Shown in pieces: positions 13,081-26,630 of a DNA stretch of 64,000 bases (the first letter of the stretch is position 1; every line of letters begins with the position of its first letter). Under the pieces are notes generated by a model that was not told where the DNA came from, did no database searches, and worked only from the letters and a program-made list of their open reading frames with translations. This DNA is from the human T2T-CHM13v2.0 reference genome, Homo sapiens, in NCBI RefSeq assembly GCF_009914755.1, contig NC_060942.1. One strand, given 5' to 3'. The translations under genes and the position numbers were made by a program.

Positions 13081-16000
13081 AGTTGTATGCATAATTACAG
13101 GATGCAAATAACCCCCAAATAAAACTATGAGATTGTTTTGCACCTGTAATTACTGTCTTAATTACATCCATTAGGTTAAAATTAGTTGCCCTTCCCTGGG
13201 CTCACCCCTTTGGATGAGGAAAGACAACCCAGCAGGGTTCCTGTGGACAAGCCTGGGACAGAGCACTGGGAGAGTAACCCATGATGACAGAGCTCTTTGT
13301 AAATCAACTGCCATCTCATTTTGCTCACTGGCATGAAGACCATAATGAGAAACGAAGGAATGAGCCAAGTCCAAGGAAAATACACACACAACATTGCATT
13401 TCATGTTGGCAAATGGCCCTGAAAAATGCTGAATCATCATTCTTCATAGGTTAAGCCCTATTGGGTTACTAGGAGTCGGGTTCCACACACAGGGAAGGCT
13501 GTCCTGCCTGAGCTAAGGCTGAGCTTGCAGCAGAGCTTCCAGCTTGAGTGTCACTGACTGAGTCCCCGGCCTGGGCCAGGCTGCTCGTGAAGCTGGCAAG
13601 AGTGGGCTCTGGGCCTGGCTCTCCTCCCTGTGTCTGCTCAGAGCCATGCACCCACTGGGCCTTCAGCTCATGCTGAGAGGAACAGGGGCTGGATGGGACT
13701 TGGGAGCTTTGAGGCAGCCACGGCCCTGCTTTGATCTCTGCCCTGCTTGGGGAGGCTCCATGGCTCAGCCAGGAGGGGTTAGGAAGCCAAAGCACGGTAG
13801 CTAAGCCCCTGAGTCAGGGAACAAGCCTGGGTCCTCCAGCTTAAGCAGAGCCAGAGGCTGGGGGCTGTCTACCGCATCCAAGCAACAACAGTACCTGCGC
13901 TTCATTCCTTATTTCGGAAAAAAAACAGGAAGGGATGATATGCTCTGCAAGGCCACTTTTTCTGAACAAGGATTTCTCTGAGGGTCTCACCTGCTCCACT
14001 GAGACACCCATCAGCCTCATCTCCATACTGTCCTCACCCTGTGTGTCTCCAGAACATCTCCCACCCAGATCTGCTTCCTCTAACCCTTAGAACTGACTGT
14101 TGACTGATCAATCGATCAATCATCTTTTGAGAACCTTTCTCCAAGAGTCAGACTGCAGGGGCTGAAAGCAAACTTAGCAATCCATTCCAAGCCACTCCTT
14201 TTACTTCACAGATGATAAAACTGAAGCCTAGAGTAGTGAAGTGACTTGCTCAAGGTGACTTGAGCAAATATCAAAGGATAACCCCAGATCTGGGTCTCCC
14301 AGGCCCCAAGTCTCCAACTGCAGCATCCCCTTTCGTGACACTGTCTCCTCTACACAGTGCTCACACACATCCTTGTGCTCCGTTGGCTCCCTGCAGATGT
14401 TTGTTAATACACTCCTTCGCCACTGTGATGAAGATTCAGGCTTGCACGACAGCCAGTCTCCGTGATGTGGTCCTCTACAGTTATGGCCATCGTTACATTA
14501 GACTATTATTAATTCTGGAGAGTAGGGTCCATGTAATGCACTCTTTTTGTAACCCTCACACTAACCCCTCCAGATTAGAGTACAAAGAATTCAGTATGTA
14601 TCTGTGGAGTTAAAGAATAAACAAATTCAGGTTAAGAATGATAGGGGCTATTCCTAAAATCCTTGCAGGGGAGAGGCCACCAGAATCCACTTTTCTCCCC
14701 TAAACAACCACAACAATTTATTAAAACCTCACTGACAGCCTAACGAAGCAGCCCCCAGCCCCAGGCTGCCCCTCCAGGAAGGTGGTCTTTAAGTGCCTGG
14801 TGCCTGCCCTGCAGGCCACCTTTGTCCCCACTTCTCATCGTTCTGTTCTAAAACGTACTTAGAACTTGCTTGGGACAGGGTGGGGAACTGGCATGTGCCC
14901 CTCTAAGTTAACACGCAGCTCTGTCAAGTCTTAGTTTCTCGATACAAAGTCCCAGGTCACTCAGCATGAGAAGTATGGGTGTCCAGATGTGGCCCAAGAA
15001 GAGGAGAAAAATAAAAAGGAGGAAATAGAAGACCCCAGGGAAATCTTTAGCATTAGTGTCTCTATTCAGTCTCCAGGAAGGATAACTGCACTCAGTGACA
15101 TTACTCAATCAGACTGGATCAGAGGGCAATGTAGTTTAGACAGCGGGAGTTAGAATCAGTCCACCTAGGCAACCTTGGGCAATTTATATCAGCTTTCTGT
15201 GCCTCAGTTTCCTCATCTGTAAAATGAGGGTGATTTCTGTATATTCCTCATAGGATGAGCCATTACTGGCAGGTTTCTAGTCATGAGCAGCTCTTGGCTA
15301 GTTCCCCAGCCAGCTGCACCAACTCATGTATTCCTGTGACAACCAGGAATTGTGCTAGGAACACAGCCACAACAGGACCCTTGTCATTTATGTGTTCACA
15401 GTCTGGTGAAATGACAAGCCCTCAATTACAACATAAGGGGATGAACACAATAAAGGAAGGGAGGAGGTGAGTGCTGCTGGCCCATAGAAGATGGAGTAGC
15501 TAACAACATCTGGGAGGCTAGGAGGTATTTCAGAGCTCAGTTTGGAAGAATACCACTTTGTCAGGCAGGCAAAAGAGGGGAAAAAGCATTGCAGGCAGAG
15601 GAAACAGCATGTATTCCTATACTTTTTCTTTAGGCAAGTCACTTGTTTTTTCATTTGTTCCATAAATATTAGGTAGGCTCCCCCTGCGTATTAGGCTCAG
15701 CACTCATAACTAAGGAGGTGGTGTAAACATAAAGACACTGTCCTCTACGAAAAAGGACAAACACATCTGGAACATAGGTCAGCATGCTATGGGCTCTAAG
15801 AGTGACATGAAGTGCCACATGCTAGACCATGGGAAGCAGGAGGGAGAAGCTGCACTGAAGCCGAGCACTGAGAAGCAGGCAGGCTCCCCGTCAGTGAAGA
15901 GAAGAGGCAGCTGTGCCAGGAAAGGCCCAGTGTCCTGAGCACATCACAGCAGCAGCCCCAGGCAGTGGCATGTGGTCCCATTAACTGGAGGAGAGCCCAG

Positions 16001-17072
16001 TGTGGGGGCCGACTCAGCCAGTCTGATCCGGGTCCCCTCCAGAGTTCCCTCTTTGGGAATCAGAGGTCTTGGTGGTAATCCTGGAGAAATCCAGCGAAGG
16101 AACAGAAGAGGGAAACTATGATCCTAGACAAATGAGAAGGCAGCCACATGGCAGAGTGGGCTACTTGCAGGCCCTGAAATCAGCTGACCTTTAACAGAGA
16201 TTTTTCTTGTCCATAAAAAGTAAGATGTTAAAATGTGGACACTGATAGGTGGACCACAGCAAAAACCTCAATCAACCGGAGTCCAGCTAACTATAGCCCT
16301 TGATTAACCAGCCTGTTACCCCCTTACCCTGTTTAAAAAAAAAAAAAAGATGGCATGGCAAGGTGGGCTAGTATTTAGGCTCTCTTTTTAAAAAGGCAAA
16401 TTTAAAGCTATGCGTACATTTACTATAATATTCTGCAGTGTCTATAGCTAGACTTGAGCAGCTAAGATGATGCTGGGAAGATGGCTGCGACACATTTACA
16501 AAATAAAACATGACCTTAGATCCTGATCATCTGGCAATGAGCTACTCCAGATGGATAGATTTTCCGAACAGAAAACCTGAAAAATTAAAATTTCTGAGGT
16601 AATTATTTTTATTACCTTGTTCAAGTGATTTTTGATATAATTTAACCTTTATCGAGCCATTAATGATCATACTCTGCTGTAATCCCCAAAATGTCTGGCA
16701 CCATGGAAATGTTTAAGGATTTGCCCCTCACAAAAGGCCCCAATAGCTCCGCTTCTATAGTTCTCCAGTCTCAGCTGTCAGGTGTGAGTTCAAATTGTTT
16801 CAATTAAAACATAAAATCTATTGCCTTACTTAAAACAAGTATCTGGGGGAGGGCCTGAGGCTGGTGATGCAACCAGCTAGATGCAGCAGCTACCTTCCCC
16901 TCTGCTGGCTTCAGGGCTAGGCCTGGGCTCCACATCAGAGCCCTTACCCAGGTGTACCAGATGGGCCGTGCTATGTAGCCCCTGAGAACTAGAGAAGCCA
17001 GAGATCCTGAGCCGGCAGCTTGCAGTTAGCAGTAGCCTCATCATAAACCCAAGCAAGCTGTACAAAGAATTC

Positions 17073-17594
17073 TGCTGGAGTTCAGTCAGGCTGGTGGGAA
17101 AAATGTTAGAGATAGTTATAGAAACAAATCTTCTTGGAAGGCCTAGAAGTTTGCATAACTTTGGTAACAGATCTGGCTGAAGGTGGCCTGATCCCTTTAC
17201 CTCTAGATAAACAAATGAAAATAGTAATAAAGAAAGGCAGAGTAGTTTACCTAGATAGCTTGTTTACTCATATAATCTTAAGACTAACCTTTGATGTACC
17301 ACGGTTGTGTAAGTGCGTTTTTACTTGGGAAGTCCACAATGTCAATTATCCTCTAGTGGTGTTGACTCAAGCTTTTGTTAACTAATCTTACTGAATAAAT
17401 GCAAGTCTGATCAGGGCCCAGTCACAACTGTTTACAGGACTCAGCAGGGAGCCTGTAAGTGGCTCAGACCCTCAGCTGAACTGGCAGAGCAGAATATCTG
17501 TGTGTCAGTATACTTTATTCATCCATTGCTGGGTCAGGGGTCTGCAAGGGACAGACTCCCTGCAGCTGGTGCCCTCGAGAGGAGCGCTGCCACA
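17073..17594 (+). mobile_element. LTR22-family (HERV-K HML-5) solo LTR
   Basis: Begins tgctggagttcagtcaggctggtgggaaaaa...cttcttggaaggcc, has AATAAA near 17394 and ends gctgccaca. Perfect 6-bp TSD GAATTC at 17067-17072 and 17595-17600. Confidence 0.8.
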
Positions 17595-17827
17595 GAATTC
17601 CATTTTCTATGCCTGCTGAGCTGTAAAAAAGGTTGGGAAGTGCTCTAGATAAGGAGAATGGGTTGCTTTTTTTTCTAGTCACTGATGTAGGAAAATGGAT
17701 TAATATCCCAGAAATAGATTCAGTAAGAAGGATGAAGACCAAAAAAAAAATGTAGATAACGACGCCACCCCCTCAATCTTTAGGGGACCTGGTCAGGCCT
17801 CTCCTGGAGCTGGGCTGTGTGGCTCAC

Positions 17828-17939
17828 CTTGATGAGGTTCTCCAGGACAGACCTGCAGATGGCCTTTTTGTCTGTGTTGGCGAGCTCTCTCTTCTTGACC
17901 AGCACCCGATACCGGTTGAAAAAGTCATGGTAGGCCCAC
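17828..17939 (-). CDS. MYO5B: MYO5B exon (~18), 112 nt, converter region
   Basis: Acceptor ...ttccctccag|G, donor AAG|gtgagc. Translates (R)[37 protein letters not shown]. Confidence 0.96.
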
Positions 17940-18211
17940 CTGGAGGGAAAGCAAAGGGGCATCAGGTGACACATCCTGCCTCTTGGCCACACAAAAGCCA
18001 GGCGTGACCTCAGACAGTTCCCTATGGGGTCAACACTGTGGCACAAAGTCATTCTCAGAGCAGCAAAGAACAGTCCCAGGGGAGTTTTGTCCTCCCCAGT
18101 GCCCTCCAAGAATTTCACTGTGAATGTGATTCTTGGAATTGTGGCTGGAGGGCTGGAAAAAAGGTGAGTTTTGAAGGTACTTCTTAGAGGACTAAACAGG
18201 AAGTTTATGCC

Positions 18212-18581
18212 TGATATGGTTTGGCTGTGTCCCCACCCAAATCTCATCGTGAATTGTACCTCCCATAATTCTCACATGTCGAGGGAGGTACCCAGTGGGA
18301 GATAACTGAATCATGGGTGTGGTTTCCCCCATACTGTTCTGGTGGTAGTGAATAAGTCTCATGAGATCTGGTGGTTTTACAAGGGGTTTCCCTTTTCACT
18401 TGGTTCTCATTCTCTTGCCTGCCGCCATGTAAGATGTTCCTTTGCTCCTCCTTTGTCTTCCGCCATGACTGTGAGTCCTCCCCAGCCATGTGGAACTGTG
18501 AGTCCATTAAAGCTCCTTTTCTTTATAAATTACCCAGTCTCGATTATGTCTTTATTAGCAGCATGAGAACAGTCTAATATA
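18212..18581 (+). mobile_element. THE1 (THE1B/C-like) solo LTR
   Basis: tgatatggtttggctgtgtccccacccaaatctcatc...gcagcatgagaacagtctaatata. TSD atgcc/ttgcc. Confidence 0.92.
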
Positions 18582-19372
18582 TTGCCCAAGCATGCAGTGC
18601 TCCACTCCTCAGAAGCAGGAGCCTTACCTAGAGCACAGCTTTATTTTCAAATGTTGGTTTTCTTATAGAATACTGCTCATTGTAAACAGCTTTTTAAATG
18701 CAGAAATATGTACATTAACAAATAACAAGTGGCCGTATCCTAACCCCTGGAGAGATAACATGGTTTATGTTTTAATCAGTATAGAAGGAACCATTTTTCT
18801 CCCCAAAGTAGATTTTGCTTATGATTTTTTTCTTCTGATTATTAGAGTAATACAGGCCCACTGTAAAGAAAATGTCCAGCAATTCACATAATTAAGAGCA
18901 TTTACAACACCCCTACCTATGTAGGTGAGTGCTGTTTTGGTCTGTGTGGGAGGGGAATCTTTAAAGAAAGCCTTAAGTTTTCCCCTTGGCCTCTGAAATG
19001 ATCTCTACTTAAACAAATGCAGTCTTTCCGATGAGCAAATCTGCTATTTCCAGGTAGGGTCTGTCCCTTTCTCATTAAGGTGGTCTCGATTCATACATAT
19101 GCTCATTCTCCTGAAACTGATTTTTCTTTCAATTTTTGGGAGGTATTCAACAACTTCTTCATATAGTCATGTAGTGACTCAGCACAATCCCTACTCTAAG
19201 GAGACTTTGAATTTTCACTCTACATCCCTCTGAAAGTCAGTCCAGCCTATCCCCACTTTCTCTGTGTCCTCAGTGGAGGTGTACAGGCAGCCCCCCACCC
19301 ACTCTCATCTTCCGAGGCATGTGCTGTCCATACCCCTCACGTGGAAGTAATTTATGTGACTGTCCAACTACC

Positions 19373-20132
19373 TGATATGGACAGGAGACAGGGAAATACT
19401 GGACAGAAGAGGACAGTTCCCTGGCAAAGGCCCTACCCTCAAGCCTGGATACCCATGGCCCTAAATGAGGATGGGCATTCCTGTTTTTGCAACCAAAAAG
19501 TTGCCTTTTGGCCCACCACACCCCCTATCCTATACCCATATAAACTCCAAACCCCAGGCTCCAAAGGCAGACAAGGAGACAAAGAGACAAGCAGATCAGT
19601 GGCAGAACAGCACGACAGAAAGAGAGAAGAGAAAGAGCATCTGAACACTGAGAGGAGTTCACCTGGGGGTGGTGGGAGAGAAGTTTGGCCACTGGATGGC
19701 CAAACTCCAGGGGAAGATCATCTTCCCACTCTAACCCTGCTTCCAGCTCCCCATCCATCCCGCTAAGAGCCACCTCCACCACTCAATAACCACCCCCCAG
19801 CAACCATCCTTCAGGTCCATGTGTGACCTGATTCTTCCAGGACCCTGTACAAGGGCCTGGGTACCAAGTGGGCACTGAGCTGGTTAACACTTAAGCCATC
19901 CACCGACGGCAGAGCTAAAACCACACTGTGACACTGGGGCTTCAGGAGTCGCAGGCTCCCACCCCTAGATGCTGCTGTGGGGCTAGAGCCCAAAAGGGCT
20001 TGTGCCGGTTCCTGCACCTGCCCTTCTGCCTGCTCCCCATTCCATAAGGGGTTTGAGCTTACAGCAGCAAACAGAGAGCCACACCCCCATAGCACACCCT
20101 GTGATGGGGGGCCAGGGAACTCTCCCGTCTCA
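19373..20132 (+). mobile_element. MER50-like ERV1 solo LTR
   Basis: tgatatggacaggagacagggaaatactgg...gggaactctcccgtctca. TSD tacc/tact. Confidence 0.8.
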
Positions 20133-20262
20133 TACTCAGGTAAACTCACTCATTTCGAGATATTAAAAGAGAGTAAGTGGATTGTATCCCTTCTCCTGGA
20201 GCACTTCTGCCTTTTAAGAGGGCCCTTTAAAAATGTTGTCCAAAGAAACAAGGTAAAAGTCT

Positions 20263-20708
<446 letters not shown>

Positions 20709-23700
20709 CTAGGAGGACTTGTTCCTCCCAGCAGCCTGGGATGAGAAGGAAAATGGAGGCTGAGCTCCTTGTCTTTCCCCCTCCTCATTGCTCCTTTGCA
20801 AACGCTTTTCCTGGTCTGGTGGAAGATGTCTAACACAGCCATGGGTCTCAGAGAAGGGGTGAGTATAAGAGCAAATACCAAAATGACATCTCTCCCTTTT
20901 CCTTTTTTTTTCCTCTATGTAAAATGGCTCCTTACCGTTATAAAATTAAGTTTGAGCTATAACTCACATAATGTAAAATATACCCCTTTAGAGTGTACAA
21001 TAATTGTTAGTATATTTGCGAAGTTGTGCAACTATCACACCCTATTCTGCCCTATTCTCCCCTCTTCACAGATCCTGGCAACTACTAACCTACTTTGTCT
21101 CTATGCCCATTCCCTCTTTAATTGGTCCCATGTGTCACGCACGTAGTGGCACAAGGGAACAAGAGCCCGTATTCAGCTCAGAGCTCATGAGTCTTTACAA
21201 GGCCCTGCTCATCAGGTCCATGTGGATTCCCTTCAGAAGGAAGGGCGCAGGGCGCTTAGAGCACCGAGGCCTCTGTCTTATGGCCTGGGAAAGGGTTGCT
21301 CTGCCCTTTGCCCTTTACTCACCGAGCAGAAACTATTTCCTGTCCCTCTAGTAGTGGAAAGACTGTGAACCAAACCCATTGAGTTGCTGATTATCTCTGA
21401 CAGGAGGCTTTAACAATGGAAACATTTAAGGTTATTTGCCTAGCTACATATTGTTTTAATTATTTGATCATGTACAATAAATATTCAGAACACTCCTAAG
21501 CCCTGACCCATACTTGAACAACTTAATGCCGGAACCCTGGGGAAGAGAGAGCCAGAGCTGACAAACTGCCCATCAGATGTGTGTTTTAACACACGCCAGC
21601 ATGGCTGAATTTCTCCCAGGCTCTTCCTGTCTCGGCCCCCAAGTTTTAAATATAGACACTTATCTTGGGGTAAGATGGATTTGGGTAAGAATCAGGTGGA
21701 AGAAACCATATGAAAAAGGGCCTCACAGAGTCCGAGTCCCCTTGGTCCCTGTGCTCACCATCCATCTTTGACTCTTTCGGCTTTGCTGACCCACCCGCTC
21801 AGGTGCGGGCTCCCCCTTTAAAGCTGCCCTGCCCTTTCCTTCCGTGTGTCTGAGGGCACTGCCCACATTATACACCATGGTTATTTGCATACACACTTGC
21901 TTTAGTTCTCCTTAAGAGTTTGCAATTTCACTGGGGAAATAATTGAAGCATCATTTAGCTGGGCTAAAAACCTTAAATGCTTCTAATTTGAAAACCTCTT
22001 ACTGCTGACAGATCCATACTCAAGGAAATTACTAGAGTGAGGAGCTGTGGCTGCAAAGACATCAAGGCCAGTACAGGATGAACCTGGAGAACAGGAGGAC
22101 AGAAGCCTGGCTCTGATGCCGGCCGGCAGTGCGACTGGGGCCAGTCCCAGCCTGGATGCCTCCCCTCCGCTACCTGTACAGTGGAGAGAACATCACCCAC
22201 CTCATACAAGCACCACAGGGCTTTAGTAGCCAGGGAGTTCAGGAGATGGGGCGTATGGAGAGCTCCAAAGCTTCCAAAGACCGGAATTCTCTTGTTTCCT
22301 GCCTAAGCCACTCCCTTCCCCTTTTCTCACAAAGGTGTCCTTCACACACAGCTGTACCACAGACAGGGTGTGCAGAGAGGCTGAGGGGAGAGGAGATGCC
22401 AGCTCCTGTGTGAAGGCAAACCGTCCACTGAGAAGCACCACCATCGCTTCGTGGCCGTGAGGGTGGGGACACCCTCAGGAGGGACCAAGAGAGTTCAGTA
22501 CCCACTATGGGGTCTGGGAAAATGGCTGTAAAGATGTCGCTCCCCGAAGGACCCAGCATCAAATGTGAATTCTCCTTTAGGTGGATTTCTGTGAGAAAAC
22601 AAACCCTCAGAGATAAAACTCTCCCAAGAAAGGCTCCCTCACCTTTAAGAGGAAAATCTTCAAAGTGAAGCTCAAGAGAATTTGTGATTCTTTTTCCAAA
22701 AATAGAACTTTTTAAAGGGGCTTTCTGATTTGGTGGGGACCTTTGGGTGTGTGTTCACTGCAATCACCTAAAGCTGGAACAGCCCACTCATGAAGACCAC
22801 AGGCTGTCCAGGGTTTCTTGAGGCTGCCATGACGGAATCTCCCCCTCTCACAGCATTTTAGCTATTTCCGAGTCCACTGTGGGACAGAGAGCATTCCACC
22901 TCGTGTTGTGGATATGTTCATGCAGGGGTAGCTCCTCTGCAAGACTTGCACCTCCTTCAAGTCTGTCTCTGATCCACGTTTAACCCTTACAGCACCTATT
23001 GTCATGGTGTCCTTATACTCAGTTGCCAATTACAGTTTTAAAAATGGGTATTCTCCTGACCATTCAACACGTTAAACCTTTCCTACCAGTGTTTCTCACA
23101 GAGGGTGCTACTGGCTTTGGGGCAGCACCGTTGGGTGTGGGACAGTCCTAACACCATGCAGCATCTTTGGATCATTATCCCCGACCCCATTCACTGAGAC
23201 ATCAAAAATGCTCCCAAATGTTTGTAAAACGTTTACTCCAGAAGAACAGGACACCTTCTCGACTTCCATCACCTCCACAGCACGACCCCCATCCTCATTA
23301 GATGGCCATCGAGACGCCTTTCCCCACTCGGTGTGACTCTGGTTCACTGGCCAGGAGGCGTCTTTTAACCTAATCACCCAATCCTGGCTTGGCTTCTCTT
23401 CCATTCCATTCCACATTAATGGTGGGAGAAGAGCCCTCATCCCAAGTCTAGTGACTCCAGGAATGTAATTCTTACTCAGCCCTGCTCTCCCTGGATTCTG
23501 ACTTGCTTGTCAGGGGCCTGGCTGAGCATTCTGGACTTCAGTGGTGTGCTTCCTCCAGAATCAAGGGCTTCTTCACCTGGAGTGCCTCTAGCTTGCTGGG
23601 GAGCAGGCGCCCTGACAGGGTCAAGGAGTCACAACTGGGTGTATGGGAGAAGCTCAGGACCCGTGACTGCTTCCTGGTAGGAAGAGGGAGAGATCAGAGA

Positions 23701-24844
23701 CAGTAACAAAGGCCAATATGGGATGGGCCAGGACAGGCATTCAGCAGAACCCACCAGTCTGGAAAGATGTTTCCTTGTAATGAGCTCCTCAGGCTCAAGG
23801 CAGGGAGTGGTAACACGGCTGCTAAGAATGGTGCAGGAAGCGCAGTAGCTTTGGGATGTTGTTTGGCTAACGGAGGTCCCATACAGAGCCTAACACCGGG
23901 TTTAACCATCTGCACGTGCAAATATTCTGCAGAACAACATGCCTGCTTGCAAGGGCCCCAATGGACCAATATGGACAGATGGTATGGAGCTGCAGAGTTA
24001 CAGCACTTTGTGCTTCTTCTCCCTCGGGCATGTTTCCTCATGAGGGGACTGGCTGGATCAGACAAACCCTAGAGTCCCTCCAGTAAGACCACGGCATAAG
24101 GCCCTAAGTCACACAAATTCTATGACATCAGTCCACAAAAAGAATCCCTAAAGATGTCCTGATGGGTAACCTAAGGTTCCCTTAGAAAATGGTAAAGAAT
24201 CCCTCAGAGCTCTTCCGGTCAGAATTAGGTGGGTCAACCCATCCTTTCAGGTACTCCATTATACCATCATGCAACCTAGCTGGAGGATTCCTGGTCACAT
24301 GGAGGTGGAATGCAAGAGGTATATGCTTCTTTTCTAGTTAAAGAGCCTTACAGGAACCTATGAGCCTCAGTGGGACTTTGTTCCCTACAAGGTCTCACAT
24401 GGAAACCAGCAGCAATTTGTGGGGCAGAATTGTTTGGCCATGCTGTGAGGCATACCTACCAGGACCAACAGGCTGTCTCTGGATATTGAGACATGGATCA
24501 TCTTCATTATGCCACCAAGCAACATACACTTCTTTTCCTTTTTGAAGGAACAAATCAGCAGAGAAATAGATGATTCTGGATACAAGAGTTTCCCTTGGAA
24601 GTGTACTAGGGATGGACAAAATTTCTAAAGGGACATAAGAGGCCAGAATCAGAGAAGAGAGGGACACCTTCTCAAAGGCTCACAGGAACAGGCATCCTTA
24701 ACCTGTGGACATGCGGTATGGTGGCTCTACCCTTTTCTATCTGGAGGACTTGACCTGATTACTTAACTTTTCTCGGGTATATTTCTTTATCCCTTAAATG
24801 AAATTGTCACTGTCTACCTTGCCTTCCTCAATGGTCAATGTGAT

Positions 24845-26060
24845 CCTTTCAACAAATGGTCCTGGGACAAATGGATAAATGCATACAAAAGAATGAGACT
24901 GGGCTCTTACATGTAAACTCACTCAAAATGGATCAAAGTCCTAAAACAGTAAAACTCTTGGAAGAAAACACAGATGTTAGTTAGTCTTTGTGACCTTGGG
25001 TTAGGCAATGCACAACCTAATGCAATGACACCTAATGCACAACCAAAGAAATAAACAGATTTCTTCAAAATTAAAAGCTTTTGTGCTTCAAAGAACACTA
25101 CTAAGGAAGTGAAAAGATGGTTCACAGAATGGAAGAAAATATTTGCAAGTCGTATGTCTTATAAGGTTCTCATATTCTTAATATATAAAGAACTCCTATA
25201 ACTCCTATAACTCAACAAGAAGACAAGTAATCCAATAAAAAAAATGGGCAAAGGAGATCAACAGACATTTCTCCAAAGAAGATGTACAAATGGCCAAGCA
25301 CATGAAAGATGCTCAACATCATTAGTCATCAGGAAAACGCCAATCAAAATCACAAGATACCTCTTCACACCCACCAGAATAGCTATAATGAAAAGGACAG
25401 ACAAGAACAAATGTTGATGAGAATGCATAGAAACGGGAACCCTCATGTACGCTGCTGGTAAGAATGCAAAATGGTACAGCTACTGTGGAAAACAATATGG
25501 AAGGTCCTCAGAAGAGGAGAGTGTTACCATATGACACAACAATTCCACTCCAAGGTATACCCTCAAGAGAAAAAATGTGTCTACACAAAAACATGTACAC
25601 AAGTGTTCATAGCAGCATTCTTACTTCCCCAAAAGTAGAAACAACCAAACATCCATCCACTGATGAACAGATAATATAAAATGTGCTGTATCTATCTGAT
25701 GAAATAATATTCAGCAATATAAAGGAATAAACTACTGACGGTTGCTGCGCATGGATACATCTTGAAAACAGCCCTGAGTGAAAAGAGCCAGACACAAAAG
25801 GACACATATTATGTGATTCCATTTATATGAAAAATCCAAACTAGGCAAATCTATAGAAATAGAAAGTAGGTTAGCGCTTGCCAGGGGCTGGGAGTGGGGA
25901 CTATTAATGGACACAGGGTTTCCTTTTGGGGTGATAAAAACATTCTGAAATTAGACAGTGGTGATGGTTGTATAACTCTGTATATAATGAAAATAACTGA
26001 AATTGCATACTTTAAAGGGGTGAATTTTATAGTAGATAAATTATATCTAAATTTTGAAAA
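24845..26060 (+). mobile_element. Old L1 (L1MB-like) 3' portion
   Basis: Degenerate ORF2 end (ttcaacaaatggtcctgggac..., gatgctcaacatcattagtcatcagg) followed by an L1MB-type 3' UTR. Confidence 0.85.
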
Positions 26061-26459
26061 GATGATGAAAACATAAGAGGTTTGTGGGTGGCCTTTATAA
26101 AGTAATACATACAAGTTTTCAGCTCTGAAACTCACGGAGGGGTTCCAGTGCAAAGGTTGTCACATGCTCACCCAGCACTCACACCATCAGAAACACTCCA
26201 TGTTTGCCTTTCCTTTTATCCCCCAACTATGTCCTGGGCCTCCTAGGGGAACACAGACTCAGCCCCATTAGTGGCCCTAGATCTGAAGCCTGCAGAACTT
26301 TGTTGCAGAGGGAAGGAAACACAATTCCTCCCCACTGGCTCCGAGTTGGAGCTGAGACACAAAGTGAGGACACAGGAAAACCCACTCCATCCTATCACTG
26401 CTTGGATGTGACGAAGTGGCTTGTAGTTTACCCAGGGGGCAACACATGCCTTCAGGGTA

Positions 26460-26630
26460 ATGATTTTAAGGCAGGATGCATTTTTAAATCACCTGGGGAA
26501 ACTTGTCAAAATGCAGATGTTCAGGACTCAGTCTCAGGCTCTGACTTAATAGGTCTGAGGGGGCCCAGCTTCTGAGACTGCTGAGTATGTCCCCATGACT
26601 GACGTGCAGCCATGCGTGAAAACCCGTGGG
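26460..26630. mobile_element. MER5-like hAT fragment
   Basis: aatcacctggggaaacttgtcaaaatgcagat...taggtctgagggggccc. Confidence 0.55.
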
